NCBI GenBank assembly: GCA_964016885.1
Contig: OZ024743.1
Location: 280,984,001 to 281,048,000, forward strand
DNA: 64,000 nucleotides
Direction: 5' to 3'
Origin: Eledone cirrhosa
Lineage: Eukaryota
Shown here: one piece after another, positions 28,640 to 39,934 of the stretch
Layout of the letters: each line of letters begins with the position of its first letter
Position numbering within the stretch: the stretch's first letter is position 1
Translations under genes and position numbers: made by a program
Notes under the pieces: model-generated
The model's database searches: none
Told to the model about the DNA's origin: nothing
The model's input: only the letters and a program-made list of their open reading frames with translations

Positions 28640-31600
28640 CTACAGGTTTATGTAAAGAGAAGGCCCATTCACACGGGCCATTCTCGCCACTTTCACCCAC
28701 CTTTCATAAAAACGACTGGGGTGCAGCACCTCTCTCTCCATCCTGATCCTTCTTCCGAAATGATATCGGAAGAAACGGACCAGTTGTTGGCCAGAGAGAA
28801 AGGTGCCTGACCTCAGTCCTTTCAGACGCGTCCACCATACAACCTCTTTCGCCATGGCTATTACGCACAGAAACACCGCCTCTGCTTCATCTTTGAAGGG
28901 GGGAGGCGGCTTGATCATTACAATAGACTCGGTGGTCAACCGGATCGGTCCCACCCTTGACAGCAGTTGTTCGACATAGCCCCACAGATCGGCTACGCCC
29001 GAGCAGTGTACCAATGCGTGTGCAACGGTTTCCTCGTCGCACACGCATCTGGGACAGATCTTTTTGGCGGGGTCCCTACCCGGGCGCCCGTGTCTGTAGA
29101 GCCTTTCTCGAACGGGTAAAGCCCCTCGGTAGCACTGCCAGGCCAGGGACTTCTGGAAGTTGTCCATAGGTCCCGGGCTGAATGTCCTACCGAACAGGCT
29201 GGCCAGTTCGTCCTCCTCCATGTCTAGGGCTTCTCCGAGGGCGTCGTCGCACCTGCTGCGTACCAGCCCTCTATAGAATGTTGCGGTGGAGTCTCCACTG
29301 ATAACCGGATCCGCCTGCCAGAGGGCGGTGAGCGCCTGGGCACACTCAGTGTGCCAGGCGCCCAGTTTTCTCGGTCTTTGCTTGACCCAGGATTGCAGCT
29401 CGGTGAGTGAGACGAGTCTGGGAAAGGTTCGTCTCACAAACGAGGCCCACACCGGTTGTCCGGTGAGGAATACGTAGAGGTGCCGTAGCCTTAATGCGTG
29501 TTTACGCATCATTAGCCACGGCATCCCCAGCCCTCCTTTCGAAGGGTGTTGACAGCAGATGGATCTTCTCACCATAGGAGCCCGCCCCTTCCAAAGGAAT
29601 TGGAAGAGCGCGCGCTCCATCTTGGTGAGGGTTTCCCTTGGGCAGGGCACTACGGTCAGGCGGTAGTAGATGACGGACGCTATATAAGTGTTCGCCACCT
29701 CCGCCCGACCTTTCAGGGATAGTTTGCAACTGGCCCACTTCTGGGTCAGTGCAAACACCCTGTTCGTAACCTCCGCCCAGTTTTTCTCCACCTGGAGGTC
29801 CGGTCCGAACCAGACCCCGAGCAACTTCACCGGGCCCTCCGTCCAGCGTCCGACGACGCCATCGGAGGGCATCGGTCTGCCCCTCCACGTGCCGAGTTGC
29901 AAACCGATCGACTTGTCCCGGTTCAGCTTAGCCCCTGTGAACTTTTCGTACTCCTCCAGTAAGGTGCCGACCGCCTCGATTTCGGAGGCCGTCGACACCA
30001 TTACTGTCACATCATCGGCGTAGGCTGACACCGCTTTCCGCAATCCCGGTTCCAAAGGGATGCCCTGCAACAACTCCAACTTCCGCAGTAGTGGCTCAAG
30101 AGTCAACACATACAGAAGGGAGGAGAGAGGGCACCCTTGTCGGATGGACCGCGCGATTTTGAACGGCTCCGAGAGGTAGCCGTTCACCTTGACCCTAGAG
30201 CAGATGCGGCTGCTGTGCATAGCAGTGATCCAGCCCCTGAAAACGGGTCCGAAGCCTGCCGCCGCTAGCACCGCATCCAGGTAACCATGGTCGACCCTAT
30301 CGAACGCCTTAGATTGATCCAAGTTGATCAGAGCCCCACCAAAGCCGGGTTCGTTCCCAACCCTCTCTATGATGTATCGCATGAGGTGGAGGTTGTCATG
30401 GATGGACCTGGACGGGATAGCGCATGTCTGCGCATCTCCCACCAGGTTGCCCACGACAAGCGCCAACCTCTTTGCTAGCACCTTGGCCAAAATCTGTAAC
30501 TCTGTATTTAGCAGAGTTATGGGCCTGAAGTTACTTATTTCGTCCCCCTTGTTCTCGTCCTTCCTCACTAGCGTGACTACGCCCTTGGTCACAGTACAGG
30601 GAATTCTCCCGTTCTGTTGCCAGTTGCAGTAGACCGCCTCGAGGAGATCGGGGAACAAGTCCGGCATAGCTAGATATAATTCGTAAGGAAGACCATCGAG
30701 ACCCGGGGATTTGCGTTTGCCGCATTGGCCCAGCACGTCCTCTATCTCAGCGGCCGAAATCGGCTCCTCGCAAGACTTCGCCTCCCTGTCCGAGAGGCGC
30801 GGCAGGCCGTCGAGGTATGGACCGAAGTCCACGTTTCCAACCGGCTCCCCGCCCCTCCCGAACAGTCGGGCAAAGTGCCTTTGAAAGGCCTCACACATCT
30901 GCTTAGGCTCAAGAATCGCCCGTCCATCCAGGTCTCGCAAAGACCGGATGGTGGATTTAGTTCCACTGTTGGCCTCTGTCACGCGGGCCCAGCTAACAGC
31001 TTTGGCCCCCTCGTTCCCTAGAGCACGTATTTTACTTCGGACAACGCAGCCTTCGTGCTTCGCGTCGAAAAACTGGCTCAAAGCCGTTCTCGACGCTAGC
31101 ACTCTGGCCACGTCGCCGCTTCTAATTGCCTCTTCTACTCTATCTATTAGCTCCCTTTCCTTCCTATTCCTATCCGCAGCTAGAACCTTACTAAATTCAA
31201 TGGAGACTACTCTAATCTCTCTCTTTAGAGATACCCACCACCTGCTGTTGACGATCGCTCCAGTCAACCGTTCCTTAACTAACGTACTAATCCGATTCCT
31301 GTAGGCTCTACTTGCCGGCAAGGACAAGTTGAGCTTCCAGTAACCGGGGCCCTGTCTATGCGTTCTATCAAGGTTGACCATGCAGGTCACCAACTTGTGG
31401 TCTGAATAGCCAACCATGAGCATTTCTGGACAACTTAAAAAGTCCCTGTCCTTATTTCTAACTAAAAATCTGTCTAGGTACGATCTAGATGATCCGCTGC
31501 GATTTGACCAAGACCAGGTTGGCACCGTCGGAAAATCTAGTCGAAATCTATCGGCCAGGTCAAATCGGCCGAGTAACCCCTTGAGGCTGTTGCACCCCTC

Positions 31601-32077
31601 TCTATCGGGACATGCCCCTGCATAGTCCCAACGTGCATCCAGGATACCATTCCAATCCCCCACTAAAAGCAGGGAACGGGACGTCCCTAGAAAAGACTCC
31701 AGACGCTGGAAAAAGTCGGGCCGCTCTGTCCCAAAAGGGGCATATGCGGCTATCAGCCTAAGGGCTCTACCTTCACCACTGCCAAGGTCCAGCACCACCA
31801 GTCGACCCCCTGGGTCCAAGTGAACTATCTGTGTTGCAAGGCCCATATGTTTTTGCAGCAGAACGACAACCCCACCCCCACCTCCGGGCTGACAGAGAGA
31901 TGCGTGCATCTCAAAGTCGTCAAAGGTGGGGGCTAGCTGTCGCATGCTGCTGATCCGGGCCTCGCAGATAACCATCACATTTATAGATTGTGACCTGAGG
32001 TCATTTAGAAGCATTGTTTGCTTCCAAGACGAGCCCAGGCCACGCGCATTTAGACACCCTACTCTTAGCACAGCCAT
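28640..32077 (-). CDS. Element B ORF2p: APE endonuclease, reverse transcriptase and C-terminal Zn finger
   Basis: Single open frame; likely ATG at 32077 (MAVLRVGCLNARGL); GDWN, YSDH, YADD, CPRC..ETVAHALVHC. Confidence 0.93.
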   Translation of the reverse strand: MAVLRVGCLNARGLGSSWKQTMLLNDLRSQSINVMVICEARISSMRQLAPTFDDFEMHASLCQPGGGGGVVVLLQKHMGLATQIVHLDPGGRLVVLDLGSGEGRALRLIAAYAPFGTERPDFFQRLESFLGTSRSLLLVGDWNGILDARWDYAGACPDREGCNSLKGLLGRFDLADRFRLDFPTVPTWSWSNRSGSSRSYLDRFLVRNKDRDFLSCPEMLMVGYSDHKLVTCMVNLDRTHRQGPGYWKLNLSLPASRAYRNRISTLVKERLTGAIVNSRWWVSLKREIRVVSIEFSKVLAADRNRKERELIDRVEEAIRSGDVARVLASRTALSQFFDAKHEGCVVRSKIRALGNEGAKAVSWARVTEANSGTKSTIRSLRDLDGRAILEPKQMCEAFQRHFARLFGRGGEPVGNVDFGPYLDGLPRLSDREAKSCEEPISAAEIEDVLGQCGKRKSPGLDGLPYELYLAMPDLFPDLLEAVYCNWQQNGRIPCTVTKGVVTLVRKDENKGDEISNFRPITLLNTELQILAKVLAKRLALVVGNLVGDAQTCAIPSRSIHDNLHLMRYIIERVGNEPGFGGALINLDQSKAFDRVDHGYLDAVLAAAGFGPVFRGWITAMHSSRICSRVKVNGYLSEPFKIARSIRQGCPLSSLLYVLTLEPLLRKLELLQGIPLEPGLRKAVSAYADDVTVMVSTASEIEAVGTLLEEYEKFTGAKLNRDKSIGLQLGTWRGRPMPSDGVVGRWTEGPVKLLGVWFGPDLQVEKNWAEVTNRVFALTQKWASCKLSLKGRAEVANTYIASVIYYRLTVVPCPRETLTKMERALFQFLWKGRAPMVRRSICCQHPSKGGLGMPWLMMRKHALRLRHLYVFLTGQPVWASFVRRTFPRLVSLTELQSWVKQRPRKLGAWHTECAQALTALWQADPVISGDSTATFYRGLVRSRCDDALGEALDMEEDELASLFGRTFSPGPMDNFQKSLAWQCYRGALPVRERLYRHGRPGRDPAKKICPRCVCDEETVAHALVHCSGVADLWGYVEQLLSRVGPIRLTTESIVMIKPPPPFKDEAEAVFLCVIAMAKEVVWWTRLKGLRSGTFLSGQQLVRFFRYHFGRRIRMEREVLHPSRFYERWVKVARMARVNGPSLYINL

Positions 32078-32101
32078 GTTGGTGGTAAAGAGAAAAGGCA
32101 C

Positions 32102-33748
32102 TTACCTCTCTGCGTCCCGGGAAACGGGCCGCTCAATTTCCATGCTGGTTGGGGATGGGTTGTTGGGTGGGGTTGTGGTTTGTGGAAGTGAAGGGGCATC
32201 GGTGTGTTGTGGGGTTGGGGTGTTTGTCGTTGAGTGGGTGTCTGGGTGGGGTGGGGGGGTGAAATTTTTTAGGAGGACGCGGTTGATTGGTTTGGCGCAG
32301 GGGGGGCCCACGTCCTCCGTGAAATTTATTTTCAGTGTTTTGTACAAGTGCATTGGGACTTTTATCATTTTCAAATGAGGTAGTCCCACAGCAGTTATAA
32401 AGTTTGGCCCTTCAGTTTGGACCGAAGGGTTTGCTGAAATTGTTTTCCGTAATTCTTTGTTGTCTGTGTTCATGTATGTGTATTGTAAGGTCTTTTTTTG
32501 TGTAGCAGTTAGTGTTGTGTGACAGGGAGGGGTGGTTTGTGTGTAGTTTGTGTTCTCTTGGGGGGGGGTTAAAGTTAACATGTGTGTCTGTGGTGCGTCT
32601 CCTCTTCTTTCTTTTTACTTGTTGGAAGGGATCTTTTTCGTCTTGCGACGAAAGAGGTTCGTCTTCCTTGTTGGGTGGGAGGGGTATGTTTTCTGGTAGT
32701 GTTTGCGGTGTGCGTGTTTTTGTATTTGTTTTGGGTGGGGAGGGATTGGGTGGGACAGTATTCTGTGTTATTTTTTCACGTGTTTGTTGTTGTTGTTGTT
32801 GTGGTGGTGGTGGTGGTGGGGTTGTTGGTTTTTGTTGTTGTTGTGGTTGTTTTTGTTGTTGTAGTTGGGGTGGTGTTGGTGTTGGTAGCAGTGTTTTTTT
32901 CTGTGTGAGCTGGGGACAGGCAGCCCTCAGGTGACCTCTATTGCCACAGAGGTAACAGGAGGGACGCCTACCCTCCACAATAATGTTGAGGTGGGTACGG
33001 TCATCCAGCATGACGCGCTCAGGGATTTGGGCGATGCGTTCTGGCCTTATTTGGGTCAGAACTTCGAGGCTCGTTCCACTGAACGCGTCGCCGGATGCCT
33101 TCCCTATTGAGATGAGGTTGTCCTCGTCTAAATTGAGGAAACCGGTTAGTAACCACCAGTAGTTTATGTTTGGGGTGATGGTGGTTATCCATATCCTCTG
33201 GGTTTTTTTACCCATGTAGGTGGGGAAGAAGGTGTAGTGTGTGGACCGAATTGGCGACACAGAGTATTTTTTTGCCGCCAATTCGTCTTTCATCAATATG
33301 GATAAACTCCCATAGAGTTTATCCTTTTGTATGAAAGTGATGTCTCTCATCGCGTCTTTCAAGACTAACTGAGTTTCTGCTTGAGATGGTTGCGCTGGTT
33401 TCTTTGTTTTATTTAAAATTGTTCGGAATACGACAGTTCGTAATTCCGTCTGTCTTTTTAGCTCCGGAGGTGAATGTATAGAAAACGATCCGTTTTCGCC
33501 AAAAGACACATATTTCTTGGCTTTTTCCAGCATTTCTTTTGCTTTTGAAATATCTTCCAGCACATAAGCGACTGATAATTTAGCCGTTTGTGCAAAAGAT
33601 ATTTTGTTTTCGTTTTGGATATTAGTATTGTTTTGTTTCTCGTCGTTTGAGTTGTTTTCATCTTTGTTGTTGTTGTTGTCTTTCTCGTTTCGTGTGTGGA
33701 TACTTGTGACGTTTGTGTTGTTGTTGTTTTTGCTGTCTTTATTGTTGC

Positions 33749-33779
<31 letters not shown>

Positions 33780-33956
33780 GTTTTCAAATTCTTGTGTAGT
33801 TGTGGCTACATCTAGTGGTCGGTCAACAGGTGAAGACAATTCTTCCTCTCTCTGACCTCTGCCTTTGGCATCTGCTGCTGTGACAGTGGCAGGGGGAAGC
33901 TGTGAGTATGACTTCCCCTTTCCTTCTTTGATTGATGGTGAAGATGCTTCAGCCAT
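32102..33956 (-). CDS. Element B ORF1p with a zinc knuckle (one frameshift near the G-run at ~32560-32568)
   Basis: CYLCGNRGHLRAAC; ORFs 32412-33965 and 32102-32581 together match the ORF1 of A. Confidence 0.8.
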
Positions 33957-34178
33957 TTTTCTCAAAATAGGGTTTTTCGAAGTTTTTCGAAAGATAAAAT
34001 GTTCACAATACTATTTCGCCCAAAGGCGCAGAATATTTTGAGAGACCGACCAGATCAAAATTTGACCTGGCAGTCCCTCTACAAAATGATACAAAAATGA
34101 AAGTTTACAGTTTACAATTTCCGTATGAATTTAAACAAAAACTTACCGAGCGAGCTCAGCACATGTGCCCATCGTGTT

Positions 34179-34245
<67 letters not shown>
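34179..34245. repeat. (GATA)n spacer between elements B and C
   Basis: About 17 perfect units. Confidence 0.95.
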
Positions 34246-34473
34246 TCTATTTATTTGCCACGAGGGCACAAAAGAAGGGGACATTTACACAGTGGGTGAG
34301 TTTACATAAATCGAGTAAAGAAAAAAGGAATAACAATAATAATATAACAATAAAACGTCCTCAAAAGGGAGGGGGCGTGTTGGGGATTGCACATACCCCC
34401 GAAAAGTGTGCAACTCTTTTCGCGGGGGAAGCCCAGAGAGGAGGCGCCTCCCCTTTCCTCTTCACTTCTTCAC

Positions 34474-37400
34474 CTACAGAACAATGTAGAGAGAAGGCCC
34501 ATTTACACGGGCCATTCTCGCTTCTTTCACCCACCTTTCATAAAACTGTTTGGGGCCAAGCACTTCTCTCTCCATCCTGATCCTTCTTCCGAAGTGGTAT
34601 CGGAAGAAGTAAACCAGGTGATGGCCGGAGAGAAAGTCACCCGACCTCAGACCTTTCAGGCGCGTCCACCACACAACCTCTTTCATCATGGCTATTACGC
34701 ACAGAAAGACCGCCTCTGCTTCATTTCTGAAGGGAGGAGGCGGCTTGATGTTCACCACAGACTCGGCGGTTAATCGAATCGGCGCCACACGCGACAGCAG
34801 TCGTTCGACGTAGCCCCACAGATCGGCAACGCCCGGGCAGTGTACCAGTGCATGCGCAACGGTTTCCTCGTCGCCCACGCATCTGGGACAGATCTTTTTC
34901 GCGGGATCCCTGCCCGGGCGCCCGTGTCTGTAGAGCTTTTCTCGAACGGGCAGAGCCCCCCCCCGGTAACACTGCCAGGCTAGGGACCTCTGGAAGTTGT
35001 CCATGGGTCCCGGGCCGAAAGTTCTACCGAACAGTCTGGCCAGTTCGTCCTCCTCCATGCCTAGCGACTCTCCAAGGGTGTCGTCGCCCTTGCTAGCCAC
35101 CAACCCTCTATAGAATGTCGAGGTGGATTCTCCACTGATAGTCGGGTCCGCTTGCCAGATAGCCGTGAGCGCCTGGGCACACTCGGTGTGCCAGTTGCCC
35201 AGTTTTCTCGGTCTTTGCTTCACCCAGGATTGCAGTTCGGTGAGCGAGACGAGCTGTGGGAAGGCTCGCCTCACAAACGGGGCCCACACCGGCTGACCGT
35301 TGAGGAATACCTGTAGATGCCGTAGCCTCAATGCGTGCCTACGCATCAACAGCCACGGCATACCCAGCCCTCCTTTCGAAGGGTGCTGGCAGCAGATGGA
35401 TCTCCTCACCATGGGAGGCCGCTTCTTCCAGAGGAACTGGAAGAGCATGCGTTCCATGATGGTGAGCTTTTCCTTGGGGCAAGGCACGACGGTCAGGCGG
35501 TAGTAGATGACGGACGCTATGTAAGCGTTCGTCACCTCCGCCCGACCTTTCAGTGATAGTTTGCACTTGTCCCACTTCTGGGTCAGCGCAAACACCCTGC
35601 TCGTCACCTCGCCCCAATTCTTCTCCACCTGGAGGTCCGGTCCGAACCAGACCCCGAGCAGCTTCACCGGGCCCTCCGTCCACCGCCCGACGACACCGTC
35701 TAACGGCATCGGTTTGCCCCTCCACGTTCCGAGTTGCAAACCGACTGACTTGTCCTGGTTCAGCCTAGCCCCCGTCAGCCTTTCGTATTCCTCCAGTAGG
35801 GTGGCGATCGCCCCGATTTCCGAGGCGTCCGCCACCATTACTGTTACGTCGTCGGCATAGGCCGAGACCGCTTTGTGCAATCCCGGTTCCAGGGGTATGC
35901 CCCGCAGCAACTCCAACTTCCGCAGCAGTGACTCGAGAGTCAATACGTACAGAAGGGAGGAGAGGGGGCACCCCTGTCTGATGGACCGGGTGATTTGAAA
36001 CGGCTCCGAGAGGTAGCCGTTTACTTTAATCCTAGAGTAGATGTTGCCACTGTGCATGGCAGAAATCCAGCCCCTGAAAACGGGTCCGAAGCCCGCCGCC
36101 GCTAGCACCGCATCCAGGTAACCATGGTCGACCCTATCGAACGCCTTAGATTGATCCAAGTTGATCAGGGCCCCACCAAAGCCGGGTTCGTTGCCAACCC
36201 TCTCTACGATGTATCGCATGAGGTGGAGGTTGTCGTGAATGGACCTGGACGGGATAGCGCATGTCTGCGCGTCTCCCACCAAACCACCCACCACAAGCGC
36301 CAACCTCTTCGCCAACACCTTGGCCAAAATCTGTATCTCTGCATTTAGCAGAGTTATGGGCCTAAAGTTACTTAAGTCGTCCCCTTTGCTCTCGTCCTTC
36401 CTCACTAGCGTGACCACGCCCTTGGTCACAGAACAGGGAATTCTCCCGTTCTGTTGCCAGTTGCAATAGACAGCCTCGAGGAGTTCGGAGAACAAGACCG
36501 GCATAGCTAAATAAAGTTCGTATGGTAGACCATCGAGACCCGGAGATTTGCGTCTGCTGCATTGGCTGAGTGCTTCCCCAATTTCAGTGGCTGTGATTGG
36601 CCTTTCGCAGCACTCCGCTTCGCCGCTCGAAAGACGCGGTAGACCGTCGAGGTATGGACCGAAGTCCACATCCCCGTCCGGCCCCCCGCCCCCTCCGAAC
36701 AATCGAGCAAAGTGCCTTTGAAAGGCCTCACACATCCGCTCAGGTTCAAGGATCACCCGTCCATCCTGGTCTCGCAAAGACCGAATGGTGGATTTAATCC
36801 CACTCTTGACTTCTGTCACGCGGGCCCAGCTAACAGCTTTGGTCCCCTCGTTTCCTAAAGCACGTATTTTACTTCGGACAACGCAGCCTTCGTGCTTCGC
36901 GTCAAAGAACTGGCTCAACGCCGTTCTCGCCGCTAACACTCTGGCTACGTCTCCGCTCCTAATCGCCTCTTCTAGTTTATCTGTTAACTCCCTTTCCTTC
37001 CTATTTCTATTCGCCACTAGTTCCTTACTGTAACCTATCGAACTTACTCTAATCTCTCTCTTTAGAGATACCCACCACCTACTGTTGACGATCGCTCCCG
37101 TCAACCGCATCTTAACTAAGCTACTAATCCGGTTCCTGTAATCTTTCTTTGCCGGCAAGGACAAGTTCATCTTCCAGTAACCGGGACCCTGTCTATCCGT
37201 TCTATCAAGGTTGACCATGCAGGTCACTAATTTGTGATCTGAATAGCCAACCATGATCAATTCTGGACAACTAAATACGTCCCTATCCTTACTCCTAACC
37301 AAAAACCTATCTAGGTACGATCTAGATTGTCCACTGCGGTTTGCCCAGGTCCAGGTTGGCGCAGTTGGACAATCTAGTCGAAATCTATCGACCAGGTCGA

Positions 37401-37918
37401 ATCGATCGAGTAACCCCTTGAGGCTGCTACACCCCCCTCTATCGGGACATGCCCCTGCATAGTCCCAACGCGCATCTAGGATTCCATTCCAGTCCCCACT
37501 AAAAGCAGGGAATGCGACGTTCCTAGAAAAGTCTCCAGACGCTGGAAGAAGTCGGCTCTTTCAGCCCCGAAGGGGGCATAAAGACCGACCAGTCTGAAAG
37601 CCCCGCCTTCACCGCCTCCGACGTCCAGCACCAGTAATCGACCCCCCGGGTCCGAGTGAACAATCTGTACGTCGAGAGCCAGACGTTTATCCAGCAGTAC
37701 GGCAACTCCCCCCCCCCCCCACCTCCGGGTTGACAGAGAGATGCGTGCATCTCAAAGTCATCGAAGGCGGGCGCCAGCTGTCTCACGCTGCTGATCCGAC
37801 TCTCGCAAACAACCATCACATCTATACTTTGTGACCTGAGGTCATTTAGAAGCTTTGCTTGCTTCCAAGCTGAGCCCAGACCACGCGCGTTCAAACAGCC
37901 AACTCTCAATTGATCTAT
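34474..37918 (-). pseudogene. Element C ORF2 (APE-RT-CCHC), with frameshifts in the APE region at C-runs
   Basis: LRVGCLNARGL at 37909; indels at about 37495 and 37710; continuous from 37302 to the stop. Confidence 0.85.
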
Positions 37919-37949
37919 TTTGGTGTTGAAAGTGAAGAAAGAAAAGCAC

Positions 37950-39732
37950 CTATCTCTCCGGGTTGTGTAATTTCCATGGCATCAGGTGTGTTGGGTGGAG
38001 GGATGTTTTGTGGTGTGGTGGGATTGGGGTATTTGGAGTTGTGTCAGGGAGAGGGGCGGTTATGGGGAAATCTTTCAAGGGGACGCGATTTAACGGTTTT
38101 AAACAGGGGGGGCTCGCGTCCCGTCTAAATTGTTCTTTTAAGGAACGATAAAGGTCCAGAGGGACCTTTATCATTTTTAAATGGGTGAAGTTCTCTGTTG
38201 AGATAAAGTTTGGCCCTTCGGTCTGCACCATAGGGTTATTGTTTATTAATTTAACCAGTTTTTTGTTTTCTTTATTTATATATGTGTATTGCAACGTCTT
38301 TTTTGTGATGCTGTCAATGTTTCGGAGAGGGGAGGCGCAGATTTATTTTTGTTTGTTGAGGGTGGGGTGTTTTTGATTGGAGTTGGTGTTTGTGTGTGGG
38401 TTATTTGTGGTGTGCTGGGTGTGTGTTTTCTTTTTTTTCTTTTAACTTGTCTGAAGGCTTCTCCTCCTTCTTCTTCAGAAGTTGGGGGAAACTCTTCAGC
38501 GCTAGGTGGGAGGGACGTGTTGTGTGGTTGTTTTTTTTGCGGGAGGGGTAGATTTGTTACTGTTTTTTTAATTATTTGTTTGGAATGGGTTTTGTGGTGG
38601 TGGTGGTGGTGGTAATGTTTGTGTCGTGCTTGTGGTTGGTGATGGTGGTGGTGATGTTTGTGTTGTGGTTGGTGGTGGTGATTTTTGTGTCGTGCTTGTG
38701 TTTGGTGCTGGTGGTGGTGATGTTTGTGTTGTGTTTGTGGTTGGTGGTGTCTGTATTTTGTTTGCTGTGTGTGGTATTAGTGTATTTTTGGAGGTGGGTG
38801 GTGTTGGTGTACTGTTTGTGGTGGGTGTGGGCAATAGTCCTTTTTGGGGGATACGTTTCGGGCAGTTAGCCTTAACGTGTCCCCTTTCCATGCATAAATA
38901 GCATGCTGGTCTTCTCCCCTCTACAATTATATCTATTGGGGTAAGGTCATCCAGCCAGATGCGATCCGGGATTTGTGCTATTCTTTCGGGCCTCATTTGG
39001 ACTAGTATGTCGAGGCCCATTCCCAGGAACGCATCTCCAGTTGCCTTCCCCATTGACAGCATTGTGTCTTCGCCCATGTCTATGAAGCCAGCAATAGCCC
39101 ACCAGAAGTCCATTGTGGGCAGCATTGTTTTTACTTTTACTCTCTGTGTTCTTCTACCCATGTAGGAGGGATAGAAGCTGTATGTTGTCGATGAGAGTGG
39201 GCTTAGGGAAAGCTTCTCCGCCGTTTCCTTGTCTTTTGTTAGGACCGAAATGCTGCCATAGAGTCGGTCCTTTCGTATGAAGAGAATATTCTTCATATAG
39301 TCTTTTAGGACCAACTCTATTTCCATTTGGCTGGGCCGTGCTGGCTTTCTTGTCTGGTTCAGTATAGTTCTGAAGAGAACTGTGCTTTCTGTTCTGGCTT
39401 TCTTGAATTCTGGGGGGGAGTTAATGGAAAACATTCCGTTCTCCCCCAAGACTATTTGTTTTTTCGCTTCGGCCAGTTTTTCTCTGGCGGCAGTTAAGTC
39501 AATTGGTGTGTATGTTATGGATTGTTTTGTTTTCTGGGCGAAAGTTGCCCTGTTGTTATTTGTATTATTTTCTGTTTGTTTGTTTTCCGTTTGCTCATTT
39601 TCCTTAACATTTGTTTTTTTCATTTTCCTTGTTTGTTTCGTTGTCTAATTTTGTTGTAATTATTTTTTGTTCTTCAGACTTGGGGGGCGTGGCAGAGCTA
39701 ATGGCAGACATGTCTGCCATCTTTTCCGCCAT
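37950..39732 (-). pseudogene. Element C ORF1 with a zinc knuckle, frameshifted
   Basis: CYLCMERGHVKANC; pieces 38568-39623 and 37950-38294; likely ATG at 39732 (MAEKMAD). Confidence 0.75.
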
Positions 39733-39934
39733 GCTGCCCAGAAAGAAATTTTTCGGCAAAAATAGATATTTATTTTACCCCCTAAAAAGGGGGTAAATGC
39801 AAAAATGTTTCCCTAAATAACAGGGGTTAGTGTTCCAAATGTGTTGCACTGAAAAATTTATCCGGTACTTACAATAGTAATGGTAAATCCCGATGGAATA
39901 GCGGAGCCGATGTGAAGCGTGTCTTACTCTATCA

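Larger units (their letters stand above)
28377..34178 (-). mobile_element. Tx1/L1-clade non-LTR retrotransposon, copy B (full-length, intact ORF2)
   Basis: Same architecture as A, with an uninterrupted ORF2. Confidence 0.92.
34246..39934 (-). mobile_element. Tx1/L1-clade non-LTR retrotransposon, copy C (full-length, frameshifted)
   Basis: Same architecture; 942-aa RT-containing ORF plus upstream APE fragments and ORF1. Confidence 0.9.

Noticed and set aside
23134-39648. Short antisense and alternative-frame ORFs within the Tx1 elements
   Set aside because: Shadows of the GC-balanced ORF2 or low-complexity ORF1; their recurrence simply mirrors ORF2 conservation.
22537-39934. Tandem duplication or assembly triplication of one element
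   Set aside because: The 5'UTRs and ORF1s are highly diverged and ORF2 differs throughout, so the three are distinct subfamilies.
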